Origin: Octopus sinensis
Taxonomy: Eukaryota
Reading direction: 5' to 3'
Length of the DNA stretch: 64,000 nucleotides
Assembly (NCBI RefSeq): GCF_006345805.1
Contig: NC_043002.1
Span: 109,740,001 to 109,804,000, forward strand
This document shows positions 1 through 12,160 of this stretch, one piece after another. Position 1 is the stretch's first letter. The number at the start of each line of letters is the position of its first letter. Both the position numbers and the translations under genes were made by a program. The notes beneath the pieces are model-generated. The model made no database searches. It was not told where the DNA came from and was given only the letters and a program-made list of their open reading frames with translations.

Positions 1-226
1 TTTGTCTGTCCTTGTTTGTCCTCTCTGTGTTTAGCCCCTTGTGGGTAGTAAAGAAATAGGTATTTCGTCCGTCTTCACGTTCAAATTCCGCCGTGGTGGA
101 CTTTACCTTTCATCCATTCAGGGTCGATAATATAAGTACCAGCTGGATACTAGGGTCGATGTAATCGACTGGCCCCCTCCTCCCTCAAAATTGCTAGCCT
201 TGTGCCAAAATTCGAAACCAACATTT
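1..226 (+). mobile_element. SINE family A: tail of one copy fused to an internally restarted second copy with a variant tail
   Basis: TTTGTCTGTCCTTGTTTGTCC...AAAGAAATA tail followed by GGTATTTCGTC...TTCAAATTCC...CTTTCATCC...GGGTCGATAA...AAGTACCAG body shared with many copies in the window. Confidence 0.85.
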
Positions 227-424
227 ATTTGTAGTTAAAATGAAAATTCGGTAACCCCCCCCCAAAAAAAAAAACCTCAACCAAAACACAAAACAAGGAA
301 ATTCGAAAGAAAATCGTTTAATAGCTCCATAAAAACTGTGTTGATTTTTAAAGATTAAAGATAATTTTAAATGTGATATATTCATGGATTAGGTTTCTAA
401 TTTACGTAACTTGTTTTCTACAAA

Positions 425-680
425 AACCGAAATGGAGGTGTATGAAGGGGTATGGCGTACACCCGAAATGGCGGTGTATGAAGGGGTATGGCGTACACCC
501 GAAATGGCGGTGTATGAAGGGGTATGGCGTACACCCGAAATGGCGGTGTATGAAGGGGTATGGCGTACACCCGAAATGGCGGTGTATGAAGGGGTATGGC
601 GTACACCCGAAATGGCGGTGTATGAAGGGGTATGGCGTACACCCGAAATGGCGGTGTATGAAGGGGTATAGCGTACACCC
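425..680. repeat. 36-bp minisatellite, 7 copies
   Basis: Unit ACCCGAAATGGCGGTGTATGAAGGGGTATGGCGTAC starts at 461, 497, 533, 569, 605 and 641, with a variant first unit at 425; no spacers. Confidence 0.95.
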
Positions 681-709
681 TCTATTCTGTTTCCCAGTTG
701 TTTTTCTTT

Positions 710-909
710 CATACTCTTTTACTTGTTTCAGTCATTTGTCTGCGGCCATGCTGGAGCACCGCATTTTAGTCGAGCAAATCGACCCCGGGACTTATTCTTT
801 GTAAGCCCATACTTATTATATCGTCTCTTAGCCGAACTGCTAAGTTACGGGACGTAAACACACCAGTATCGGTTGTCAAGCAATGCTAGGGAACAAACAC
901 AGATAACAC

Positions 910-958
<49 letters not shown>

Positions 959-1125
959 TATATACGACAGGCTTCTTTCAGTTTCCGTCTACCAAATCCA
1001 CTCACAAGGCATTGGTCGGCCCGGGCTATAGCAGAAGACACTTGCCCAAGATGCCACGCTGTGGACTGAACCCAGACCATGTGTTGGTTAGCAAGCTACT
1101 TACACACACAGCTACTCCTGCGCCT
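710..1125 (-). mobile_element. SINE family B (tRNA-derived, CORE-like), near full length
   Basis: Reverse complement of the AGGCGCAGGAGTGGCTGTGTGG...TTGGGCAAGTGTCTTCT...GACTGAAACAAGTAAAAGAG consensus seen in many copies; internal (AT)n. Confidence 0.9.
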
Positions 1126-1189
1126 TATCTTTGCTCAATGTCTACAAATTGAGAGGCGTTTATAAACTTCCCTTCGTCAAGCTACCATT

Positions 1190-1400
1190 ACTCTCTCTTT
1201 TTAACTCTTTCACTTGTTTCAGTCGTTTGACTGCGGCCATGCTGGTGCACCACCTTCAGTCGAGAAATCGACCCCAGGACTTATTCTATCGGTCTCTTTG
1301 GCCGAACCGCTAAAGTTACGGGGACGTAAACACACCAGTATCGGTTGTCAAGCGATGTTGGGGGGGGGGGACAAACCGACACACAAACATATACACACAC
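1190..1400 (-). mobile_element. SINE family B, 3' portion
   Basis: Matches the family B tail; ends in an (AT)n tract. Confidence 0.85.
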
Positions 1401-1466
1401 ACACCATATATATATATATATTATATATATATATATTATATATATATATATATTATAATATATATA

Positions 1467-1510
<44 letters not shown>

Positions 1511-1536
1511 TTTATATATATAATATATATTATATA

Positions 1537-1583
<47 letters not shown>

Positions 1584-1821
1584 ATATATTTAATTCTTAT
1601 GCTTTCCTAAAACTTGATTTCGAACGTACGTCCGTAGATAACTAAAAAATGTATGATAGATTGCAGTCAATTCATTCTCTCTTACCTGTTTGTGTCTGCC
1701 TTCCAAATGCTGTTTTTACTGAGATCTCCCTTTTAGTAGAAGAAATAGCTATAACCCTTTGACTGCTATTTCTAAATTCGGTATGTGGTAAGGCAATTCG
1801 TTGCTAAACCCTTATTGCTTA

Positions 1822-1859
<38 letters not shown>

Positions 1860-2602
1860 TAGAAAAAACACCTTTTATCAATTCAATAAGGAAAAAATTA
1901 AATTATACCATTTAGAATACACACACACACTCACACACACACACATATATATAACGGTGTTAGTACTTTTGGCATGTTTTCAATAGTGGGGTAACACACG
2001 AGCAGTTTTAATGTGGGAGTAAGAAAGATGGGTGATGATAAAAGTGAGCGGTTTTGGATTGAGAAATCATGCATGTGGTCGATGTTAATGAAGAATCATC
2101 ACATGAAAGAGAGAGAGAGAGAGGGGGAAGAGAGAGGGAAAGAAAGAGAGAGAGACAAAGAGAGAGAGGGGAAAGAAAGACAAAAAAAGAGAGAGAGCTG
2201 TTGTAAAGAAAGGATGATGGAAAAATCTCCTGGACAGAAATATTGTATGCAATCCTTGTAACAGGGACGTGGTAATGGAAGAGAAGTAGAGTGATATAAG
2301 GAGGAACAAAGTTGAGCAAATGAATACAAATGGAAGGCCACTGCTTCATTGCATAGACAGCTTGGGACGGTATCCGGCGAGTTGGTCTAAATTGGTCTAA
2401 ATGCAATTCGTCTAAAACAGTATTAATCCTGAAACAATTTGTCTAAAACACAATCTGACTAAAAAATAAAAATTGTTTCTGTTTTGATGAATTCGTAGGA
2501 AGTGGAAAGGAAATGTTGTTTACTCATGCTATTGATCATAAATAGACGTTTGCGATAATATGGAATAAAACTAGTTGTTTACTAAAAACTAATTTCTTAT
2601 TG

Positions 2603-2849
2603 GGGAGTGGCTGTGTGGTAAGTAGCTTCCTAACCAACCACATGGTTCCGGGTTCAGTCTCACTGCGTGGCATCTTGGGCAAATGTCTTCTGCTATAGCC
2701 CCGGGCCGACCAGTGCCTTGTGAGTGGATTTGGTAGACGGAAACTGAAAGAAGCCTGTCGTATATATGTATATATATATATCTATGTATATATATATATA
2801 TATTGATATGTGTGTGTGTGTTTGTCTGTGTTTGTTTGTCCCCCTAGCA
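2603..2849 (+). mobile_element. SINE family B, 5' two-thirds, inside the MULE
   Basis: GGAGTGGCTGTGTGGTAAGTAGC head; truncated at TTTGTCCCCCTAGCATT where transposase sequence resumes. Confidence 0.85.
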
Positions 2850-2854
2850 TTTCA

Positions 2855-4418
2855 AAAATACGTCAACTGGCGAAGTCAACGCAAGATGCACCAGATTCAG
2901 TTATATCTAATGTTCTCGATGATTGCGATCAAACTGTTGCCTCTAAACTACCAAAAATGCAAAGTATTAAGTGAACAATAAGATCTATAAAGCAACAAAC
3001 CCTTACTGAACCGCCCCTACCATCAACTTGCAGTGAAATAGTTTTTCCATCTGAACTTACTAAATCTTTTAAAGGTGATCAATTTCTGCTTTACGACTCA
3101 GGACCAGTTGAAAAGCGTATTGTGATATTTGTGACAAGACATAATTTACAGTGTTTATCACTAAGCAGTCACTGGTATGCACACGGTACATTTAAAACAA
3201 TCCCTTTGTTATTTCAACAGTTATATACCCTACATGCGTGGAGGCGCAATGGCCCAGTGGTTATGGCAGCGGACTCGCGGTCATAGGATCGCGGTTTCGA
3301 TTCCCAGACCGGGTGTTGTGAGTGTTTATTGAGCGAAAACACCTAAAAGCTCCACGAGGCTCCGGCAGGGATGGTGGTGATCCCTGCTGTACTCTTTCAC
3401 CCACAACTTTCTCTCACTCTTACTTCCTGTTTCTGTTGTACCTGTATTTCAAGGGACCGGCCTTGTCACTCTCTGTGTCACGCTGAATATCCCCGAGAAC
3501 TACGTTAAGGGTACACGTGTCTGTGGAGTGCTCAGCCACTTACACGTTAATTTCACGAGCAGGCTGTTCCGTTGATCGGATCAACCGGAACCCTCGTCGT
3601 CGTAACTGACGGAGTGCTTCCCCATACCCTACATGGTTTAAAAGAGAAAGCTTCGTTGCCGCTCGTATTTGCGTTATTGTCGGACAAAACAGAAGAAATA
3701 TATATAACATTTTTTGCATGAGATAAAGAATCTTGAACCATCATGTGTGCCATTGCCAATAACGATCGGTTTTGAGAAAGCAATGATGAAAGCGTTTTTG
3801 AAAGACTTTCCGAGTGCAGAACAAAACGGTTGCTTTTTCCACTTCAGCCAAAGTATCTTTCATGTAATTCAAAGTAATGGTTTAGAACGAAAATATGAAA
3901 CAAATCCTAATTGTGTCTTAGGGATGAGGATCTTACCAGCATTAGCATTTCTCCCAGTAGGCACAGTAACAAGAGCATTTGAGTTATTATGTGATAACAA
4001 CACATTCCCCGATGAAGCACAAGAACTTGTTGATTATTTCGAGGATACGTGGATTGGAAGGCCCAACAGAAGAAATGCACGACGCCCACCTCTCTTACCA
4101 CTAAGTATGTGGAATATGTATTTAAGAGTTCTTGATAATTTTCCCAAAACAAATAACTCTGTCGAGGGATGGCATCGAGCATTCGAAATCCAAGTTGGGT
4201 CCCATCACCCCAACATCTGGAAATTTATCAACTTTTTACAAAAAGAACAAAGCCTAAACGAAATTCGGATTGAGCAGTATATTGCTGGAATGGAACCAAA
4301 ACCTCCAAAGAAGCACAATCGAGATACTGCAAAACGAATAAAAAGTCTTGTTCAAAATTTTGATCCACAAAATATTATTGATTCCGTTCGTACTATAGCA
4401 CAGAACCTTTCCTTTTAA
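2855..4418 (+). pseudogene. MULE transposase, decayed (stop, frameshift, SINE insertion)
   Basis: Hand translation ...LPKMQSIK*TIR...HWYAHGTFKTIPLLFQQLYTLH|GLKEKASLPLVFALLSDKT, then ORF 3714-4418 with GFE (normally DFE), GCFFH (CxxH) and KTNNSVEGWH; first catalytic D appears as H. Confidence 0.9.
3237..3623 (+). mobile_element. SINE family C (tRNA-Arg-like head), full length with 12-bp TSD
   Basis: TSD ATACCCTACATG at 3225-3236 and 3624-3635; A-box TGGCCCAGTGG, B-box GTTTCGATTCC; splits transposase at LH|G. Confidence 0.95.
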
Positions 4419-5749
4419 GATTTAATAAGTCCTCTCAGTAAATAATATCTTTTGTTTTTTTTATGCATTTTGAATTAAAATAATCCTAATGATTTTATAA
4501 ATAGCTAACAGCTAGTTATAAAACCCGAAGGATTATAAATTATGAATAAAAAATACGAATTCATCAAAAAGAAACAATTTAAAAAAATTTTCAGCCAGAT
4601 TGTGTTTTAGAAAAATTGTTTTAGACAAAGTCTCGCTTAGACCCGCTTGGGACAGTGGAAAAGAGGGAGAGTCAGAGAGTGAGAGATAGAGAGAGAGAGA
4701 AGGTACTTGAGGGAGAGACAGAGACAGAAAAAAGGAGAGAAAGAAAGAGTGCTTGAAGGAGCGTGAGAGTAAAGGGGAGGAAGAGAAAGAGGGGAGGGGT
4801 GCTTGAGGGGGAGAGAGAAAAAGTGAGAGTGCTTGCGGGAGAGAGAGAGAGTAACGAAGAGAGCTGTCAATGGGGGACTTAAAAGAAAGACAACGGGTAA
4901 GAAACTCAAATGTAGATATTGTATATCCCATATATCCTCTCCATCACCATTTTTTCCACGTTAATATTGCTCTACTTGTATCAATGGTTGTGTCTCTCCC
5001 CAGCAACGCTCATCTCCATTTGTCACGGTTCTTTCCTGTCTTGTTTGAGACGAAGATCCATCTTTATAATTTAACCCCATGTCTATATATATACTTACCT
5101 CTTTCACAGGTTTCCAACCACTTCAAAAGTCGTTACACTATCCTCATATTTCGTATTGCGCACGCTCCACCGGAAACACATTTCACACACTCTCATATAT
5201 CCATTGTGCCTGACAACTGTTGCTAGGCGTCATTATATGTAAACAGAGTTTCGGATTCTGTTTACAGCGAACGCTTCATTACGAGTAAGATTAACCACTT
5301 GATACAAAACATAAACTATGATGACTGATAGGAAGGCGAAACATTGAAGTCACTATCAATCATTTCCATGTAAAAATCACACACACACACGTGAAGACTA
5401 TATGCACGTTATGTTTGTTTACATGTCTCTATATGCATGTATATATATGTATATATATATAGCTGATGATGGACGTATGTTGGATTGTTGGTATGCTGTT
5501 TTTTTGTATATGTGGATAGTATTATAACACATCCTTCTGATATATATATATATATATATATATATGTATACACATATATATATATTCATATATATATATA
5601 CATGTTCATATATATATATATGTTCATATATATATATGATATATAAATGAATATATATATATATATTATATATAATACAAACATATATATATGTATATAT
5701 ATATATCGTGAAGTATATTTGCCATCTCGTTCAGAGATTTATTATTGCT

Positions 5750-5787
<38 letters not shown>

Positions 5788-6096
5788 ATATATATATATC
5801 TGTGTATACATAATGTCAATGTCTATAACCATTTCATTTCAATATATATCCTTGGTTACGTGCAATGACTGTTAAATATGTATACAATTTTTGCACAAAC
5901 GAAGAAGACGTTCAGATATTTTCTAAATACACATCGCCGTAGTCGGACGTTTTATTTATCTAATGTTATTATACATAGGGACTTCGTATATACAACTCCG
6001 ATAAATCTAAGGCAAGTCGAATTATTTTTCAGGAAAATTCAAAAATTTAAAAGCTTGTCTCACCAATGTTTACAAAAGATACACGCAAACAACATG

Positions 6097-6389
6097 TGGA
6101 CGCGCAATGGCCTAGTTGTTAGGGCAGCGGACTCGCGGTCGCAGGATCGCGGTTTCGATTCCCAGACCGGGCGTTGTGAGTGTTTATTGAGCGAAAACAC
6201 CTAAAAGCTCCACGAGGCTCCAGCAGGGGGTGATGATCCTTGCTGTACTCTTTCACCACTCTTTCTTCTGTTGGCCTGATCGCTTAGCCAACGGGGTGGC
6301 GTCATTCGAAGGCTAACACAATGCGAACGCATTGTGACCAGCGATGTGTAACAACATCTAATGGTCTGGTCGGTCACGTGATCACGTGG
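6097..6389 (+). mobile_element. SINE with family C head and a different 3' tail
   Basis: First ~160 bp match family C, then GGCCTGATCGCTTAGCC...GGTCTGGTCGGTCACGTGAT; imperfect TSD CACGCAAAC(AAC)ATG at 6082-6096 and 6390-6401. Confidence 0.8.
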
Positions 6390-6659
6390 CACGCAAACAT
6401 GATTACATGAACACAAACATACACACACATTTTCTTATGAATTTTATTCTGTTTCATTAGACTAAGGTATCTCTTATATAGAATACAACACCGCATTTTC
6501 TCCTCAGTGTGAAAATCTTGATATAACCTTTAGTCAACATAATTACTGACCTTTATTAATGATTTTATTTACTGCATCTCAGTAGGAACACATTGTAAAG
6601 AAAACTACAGACAGACCTACGACGCTTCAGCAGACGATCCAGTTTGTCGTATTATTAGA

Positions 6660-7135
6660 AGAATGTTGATGATGATGGCGGTAATGATGACGACGTGGTT
6701 ATGATGATGACGACTTCGATGACAACGATTACAAAAATAATGATTATAATGATGATGGTGGTAATAACAACAGTGCCACCACCACCACCACCACCATCAC
6801 CAAGAGCGGCAACAGCGGTAACCCCCAAACCACCCCCAACTGCCACCACCACAACCGCCGCCACTACCACTACCATCGCCGCCACCAACACTACCATCGC
6901 CGCCCACCGCCGCCGCCACCGCATCCTCCGCCACCACCACCACAACCACCACCACCACCAACAGCAACAACAACGCTGCCGTATACATAATCAAAACTAC
7001 CTCCGCCACCATTCCTGCTACCATGACAACCAGCATAACCATAATATTGCAATCTTCATCATCATCGTCACCATTACAGCTGCTAACAAACACTATCACA
7101 ATTAGCACCCCTCCCCCTACCATCACCACCACCAC
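6660..7135. repeat. Low-complexity GAT/ACC/CAA trinucleotide tracts
   Basis: Direct inspection. Confidence 0.85.
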
Positions 7136-7849
7136 ATAGGCACAATAACCCCCTGTCCCTCCCCAAGGACTATTGTTCTCGAGACTTCCACCCAGTTTTA
7201 GTTCCCAGATAAAGAATATGTCAGTGTGATTTTTATCACCCCTAATGGCTTCTGCCAGATTCTCTCCTCCGTTACTTATCTAGGCCCCTCTTATCCACTG
7301 CCCTTATCCTAACACCCACATCGCTGCTGTTTTTTCCAACATTCTCCCGTCAAAATATTTTCTTAGTCAGCCATCAAAATATTTTGTCATGCCGTCGCAG
7401 ATTACATCACAACTCGTTGTCGTCTGCTACAACACGTGATCTGTTACTGATTACGCCATAACTCTTTGTCGTCTGCTCCTGCCCCCATGAACTGTTGTTG
7501 TTATGCCATAGCTCTTTGTTATTTGCTCCAAACAACGTAGTTTGTTCGTTGATTATTTCACAACTCTTTGTAATCTGCGCCAGTCCATATGGTCAGTTGT
7601 TGACCACGAAGGTTTATGATCGATGTCATTTCAGCCGTGACTATCTTGCCTTTTATGGGTATGTAGGAATACACTAGCAAATGGGTCCCTTCTTATGGTA
7701 CTTAAGACAGTAGGGCGTGACTTGAGTCAGATTTAGTTGCAAGTGGGAAAGGTTCCGTTGTTGTCTCAGTGCTCTTGTTTTACCCTAGGTCAAAATTGAA
7801 TGAGCAGAATTATGAATAAAAAGTTCTAATCATTATAATCTCATCTTCT

Positions 7850-8330
7850 GTGGATATACAGCTAGCCTGTACCCAACCAGCTGGGAACTTCCTCCACTGA
7901 AATCAATCATAGTGGCGAGCGTTGATCAAGGATTGGAAGGAGTTAACAAAAATGTTGATTTTCTCAAAAATTTCTGAATAAAATGTTCGCATCCACTGAA
8001 GAGACAACCCCTATAGCAGCACATGACTTTGATTTGCAGTCATAGGCCTGTTGTGTTGCATTTAGTAGAAGTTTCCAGAACAATAGACCGTTAATATTTC
8101 ATGTCTTGAGACGCTTGGATGTATTCAAAGTCAGTAGTATATTTGATATCTAGCTCAGGTCGGTCATTCCTAGAGAAGAGTAGGGATAAGAAGCGGAGAA
8201 CAAGAACTATGTAAGTATTATGTCGTTGAGTAGCATATCCTAAGTTATGGCTTGTCAGAAAGTAGCCATTGGTTTCACGTCTTCTACTCCACCTGGCAAT
8301 ATAGGCGACTCATCAGACTTGCCGGCCGGA
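7850..8330 (-). mobile_element. Degenerate RLE-type non-LTR retrotransposon 3' relic
   Basis: Minus-strand peptide pieces RLYCQVE, LGYATQRHN and QHNRP resemble the CCHC-YxxRHN-HNRPD order of R2/R4-group elements; many stops. Confidence 0.45.
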
Positions 8331-8745
8331 AGCACATAACTTCTTTACTAATGAAGGTAAAAATACAGCCTTGGTTAGTTTGTTGGTGAAACATGGAAAC
8401 GTGGTTTTCTCGTTTTGCAGACTAGTGAACGAAAAAAACGTACACAAACTGATCCATTTCGGAGTCACTCAAGAGACAATAATTCTATCCCCGCCAGAAT
8501 GTTACATTTTTCGTTTCAGGGTTTTTTTCCCACCGCCAAACTTATACTAATGCTCGTCAGTAGCTCTCACCTAGCGCTTTGGGTTAAACTCAAACCCACC
8601 TTGTCAGTTCATAAGATTATCGTTGAAATGATACGTTGATTTCCTAAACGGTAAAAGTGAAAATTATAAATATATAGATGGCTTCTTCGGAATTTTACAA
8701 CAGAAAAGTAGATAGATCGATAGTAAGCTTGATAAATAAATGCAT

Positions 8746-9371
8746 GGCACTCCGTCGGTTACAACGATGAGGGTTCCAGTTGAACCGATCAACGGAACAG
8801 CCTGCTTGGGAAATTAACGTGCAAGTGGATGAGCACTCCACAGATACATGTACCCTTAACGTAGTTCTCAGGGAGATTCAGCGTGACACAGAGTGTGACA
8901 AGGATGGCCCTTTGAAATACAGGTACAACAGTAGCAGGAAGAACGGCGGTGAGCTGGCAGAAACGTTAGAACACCGTGCGAAATGCTTTGTGGTATTTCG
9001 TCTGCCGTTATGTCCTGAGTTCAAATTCCGCCGAGGTCGACTTTGGTTTTTATCCTTTCGGGATCGATAAATTAAGTACCAGTTACGCACTGGGGTCGAT
9101 GTAATCGACTTAATCCCTTTGTCAGTCCTTATTTGTCCCCTCTATTTTTAGCCTCTTGTGGGCAATAAAGAAATAAGAAATATGAAGAAAGGGTGAGAGA
9201 AAGTTGTAATGAGAGAGTACAGCAGGGTTCGCCACGACTCCCTGCCGGAGCCTCGTGGAGCTTTCGGTGTTTTCGCTCAATAAACATTCATAACGCCCGG
9301 TGTAGGAATCGAAACCACAATCCTACGACCGCGAGTCCGCTGCCCTAACCACTGGACCATTGCGCGTCCAC
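8746..9371 (-). mobile_element. SINE family C interrupted by a family A copy
   Basis: C 3' half at 8746-8944 and C 5' half at 9181-9371 flank a + strand family A copy. Confidence 0.85.
8945..9180 (+). mobile_element. SINE family A nested in family C
   Basis: GGCGGTGAGCTGGCAGAAACGTTAG head to AAAGAAATAAGAAA tail. Confidence 0.9.
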
Positions 9372-9558
9372 ATATTTAAATAGACACAGTTTAGCTAGCT
9401 AAATGGATAGATAGATATTAATTACATTCTTCACCAATATCTCAACTACAAATTAATATTTTGAGATGATGAAACAATTGTTAATATTTCTATAAACTCT
9501 GTCAGCATTATCTTATTAGTTGTATTCTACTAGAACTGGAATATTCGCAAATGGACTG

Positions 9559-9742
9559 GTCTTCTTCTTCTTCTTCTTCTTCTTCTTCTTCTTCTTCTTC
9601 TTCTTCTTCTTCTTCTTCTTCTTCTTCTTCTTCTTCTTCTTCTTCTTCTTCTTCGTCTTTCTTTCTCTTCTTCTCTTCTTCTTCTTCTTCTTCTTCTTTC
9701 TCCTTCTTCTTCTCTTTCCTTCTTCTTCTTTTTTCTTCTTCT
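9559..9742. repeat. (TCT)n microsatellite
   Basis: Direct inspection. Confidence 0.95.
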
Positions 9743-10049
9743 CCATCAGACCCCACGCCATTACCCACAAAGAATTATCTCTAATTCGAGCCTACTCTCT
9801 AAGCTACTAAGAATGCGTGTGGCAACTTGAAGATCCACCCACCACACGCGATAGACTGGCGGTTGCACGGGCGCGAAAGCTACGTTGTTATCCTCATTCC
9901 GTAAACGGTGGCTTTTAACGGATGGAGAGCTGAACCATCCTGGGGTACAGAGGATTCGCAATCTAGACTAAGGTTTGAAAGCTTACCACACCATAGTGGG
10001 TTACACCATGGTTCCTCTGCTTTGTGCAGAAGACGGAAGAAAGAGTAAG

Positions 10050-10223
10050 AGAAAGTTGTGGTGAAAGAGTATAGCGGAGTTCACTACCCAAGCCCCGCCG
10101 AAGCCTCGTGGAGGTTAGGTGTTTTTGCTCAATAAACACTCACAATGCCTGGTCAGGGAATCGAAATCGTGTTCTTACGACCGTGAATCCGCTGCCCTAA
10201 CCACTGAGCCATTGCGCCTCCAC
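10050..10223 (-). mobile_element. SINE family C, 5' half, diverged
   Basis: Ends in CCATTGCGCCTCCAC like other minus-strand C copies. Confidence 0.8.
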
Positions 10224-10306
10224 TCGTTGTTGTTGTTGCTGTTGTGGCAATAGTTGTTGCTATTGTTGATGTTGTTTATGTTGTAGTTAATATTGTTGTT
10301 TTTAAA

Positions 10307-10472
10307 GCGGCAGAATCATTAGCCCGCCGGAAAAAATGCTTAGCGGTATTTCGTCTGCCGCTACGTTCTGAGTTCAAATTCCACCGAGGTCGAGTTTGCC
10401 TTTCATCCTTTTAGGGTCGATAAATTAAGTACCAGTTACGCACTGGGGTCGATGCAATTGGCTAGTCCCCTC
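10307..10472 (+). mobile_element. SINE family A, partial
   Basis: GCGGTATTTCGTCTG...AAGTACCAGTTACGCACTGGGGTCGAT body. Confidence 0.8.
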
Positions 10473-10484
10473 GGATCATTATCA

Positions 10485-10493
10485 TTAATTCTT

Positions 10494-10524
<31 letters not shown>

Positions 10525-10584
10525 TTATTATTATTATTATTATTACTATTATTATTGTTGTTGTTATTGTTGTTGTTGTTGTTG

Positions 10585-10662
<78 letters not shown>

Positions 10663-10672
10663 TATTATTATT
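10485..10672. repeat. Compound (TCT)n/(TTA)n/(TTG)n microsatellite
   Basis: Direct inspection. Confidence 0.95.
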
Positions 10673-11064
10673 AAAAAATTTATTTTTCGGGCTGAGTATT
10701 TGTTGCTTTCTTCGCTAGTTTAGACGTCTTCCTCCCCAACTATCGCCACCACACTGGACGCTGTTTACAAATAGTTTTGAAAATTGCCTGGCATTAAAAA
10801 AATGGGAAAAAGAAAAAAAAAAAAATAAAAAGGAAAGAATTAAATGAAGAACTCTCAACTCTCTATAAACAGGTTCATAAAAACACGGTGCAATTTGAAA
10901 AGTAATACGATAATTTTTTGAAAAACAATTCACGAGTGCGCATTAACGACGCCAGAAACGGGAGTTACGTCGACGATGGCGAAGACAGCGGCGGCGGCTG
11001 CTGCGGCGGAGGTGGCGGAAGCTGTGGCGGTGGCGGTGACGGTGTAGACGACGACGACGACGAT

Positions 11065-11462
11065 TAAGAAGACGAGGAGAGGGAAGAGATGAGAAAGAAG
11101 AGATGGTGGCGGAGGAAGAGAAGGGAAGAAAGGTAAAGAAAGGAAGGAAGGAAGAAAGAATGAAAGAAGAAGAAGAAGACGAAGACGGAGATTAAGAAGA
11201 AGAAAGAAGAAGAAAGAAGAAGAGATAAGAAGAAGAAAAGGCGACGAAAAAAAGACAAGACGAGAAAAGAAGAATAAGAATAAGAAGAAGAATAAGAAGA
11301 AGAAGAGAAACGAAAAAAGAAGAAAAGACGAAGAAGACAAAAGAAAGAAGAATAAGAAGAAGAAGAAGAAGAATAAGAAGAGAAGAAGAAAAGAGACAGA
11401 GAAGAAGAAGAACGAGAATACGAAGAAGATGAAGAAGACGAAGAAGAAGAAGAAGAAGAAGA
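11065..11462. repeat. Purine-rich (GAA)n low-complexity tract
   Basis: Direct inspection. Confidence 0.9.
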
Positions 11463-11864
11463 TTTCTTTTAATGGCTGAAAAGATAAGACTGTGAAATAG
11501 CAAGATGTGAGATGTTTGGTTTGAGTTGAAGGGACAGGAAGAGGGGAACAATCTGTGCAAACATCGTTATAAAATTGAACAACGCAATAGAGACAATTGC
11601 TAAAGTATGCGTAAACAGTGATAAATAAATATGGCGACGTTTCATAAGATGTCACATTTTTCAGGTCACGTGATATACGTTTTCACTGAGATGGCTGCCA
11701 GTCACGTGATGCCAACTATGAAATTCTTTAAAATATATCGACGCACCTTACAGATGAATTCACATGCGGCGCGAGAGCATCGTAAAGAACTGATGCGTTA
11801 AGTTATAATGATGTGTACGAAAGAGATACGGACGAGAAAAGAAACATGGAGATAGTGTGCGTGT

Positions 11865-11865
<1 letters not shown>

Positions 11866-11914
<49 letters not shown>

Positions 11915-11951
11915 TAGATAGATAGATAGAGAGATAGATAGATAGAGAGAG

Positions 11952-12036
<85 letters not shown>

Positions 12037-12059
12037 GATAGGTAGACAGACAGAGATAA

Positions 12060-12099
<40 letters not shown>

Positions 12100-12160
12100 G
12101 AGAGGGAGAGGGAGTGAGTGTGTGTGTGTGTGTGTGTGAGAGAGAGAAAGTGAGATAGAG
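11866..12160. repeat. Compound (GA)n/(GATA)n/(GT)n microsatellite
   Basis: Direct inspection. Confidence 0.95.

Larger units (their letters stand above)
2369..4644 (+). mobile_element. Mutator-like (MULE) DNA transposon with imperfect TIRs and 9-bp TSD
   Basis: GCTTGGGAC at 2360-2368 and 4645-4653; GG...CC termini; TIR blocks AAACAATTTGTCTAAAACACAATCTG versus CAGATTGTGTTTTAGAAAAATTGTTT; internal MULE transposase. Confidence 0.9.

Noticed and set aside
425-680. CRISPR array or repeat-protein gene
   Set aside because: Units are contiguous with no spacers, the context is eukaryotic, and ORFs exist on both strands only because 36 is divisible by 3.
3240-3315. tRNA-Arg gene
   Set aside because: tRNA-like head of SINE C: continues into SINE body, has a TSD and many copies, and lacks a proper acceptor stem.
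5239-5265. 9-bp hairpin GTAAACAGA/TCTGTTTAC
   Set aside because: Isolated short stem with no supporting context.
9508-11655. Long ORFs (poly-E/K/F/S, 241 aa at 10930)
   Set aside because: Translations of trinucleotide microsatellites; no domain content.
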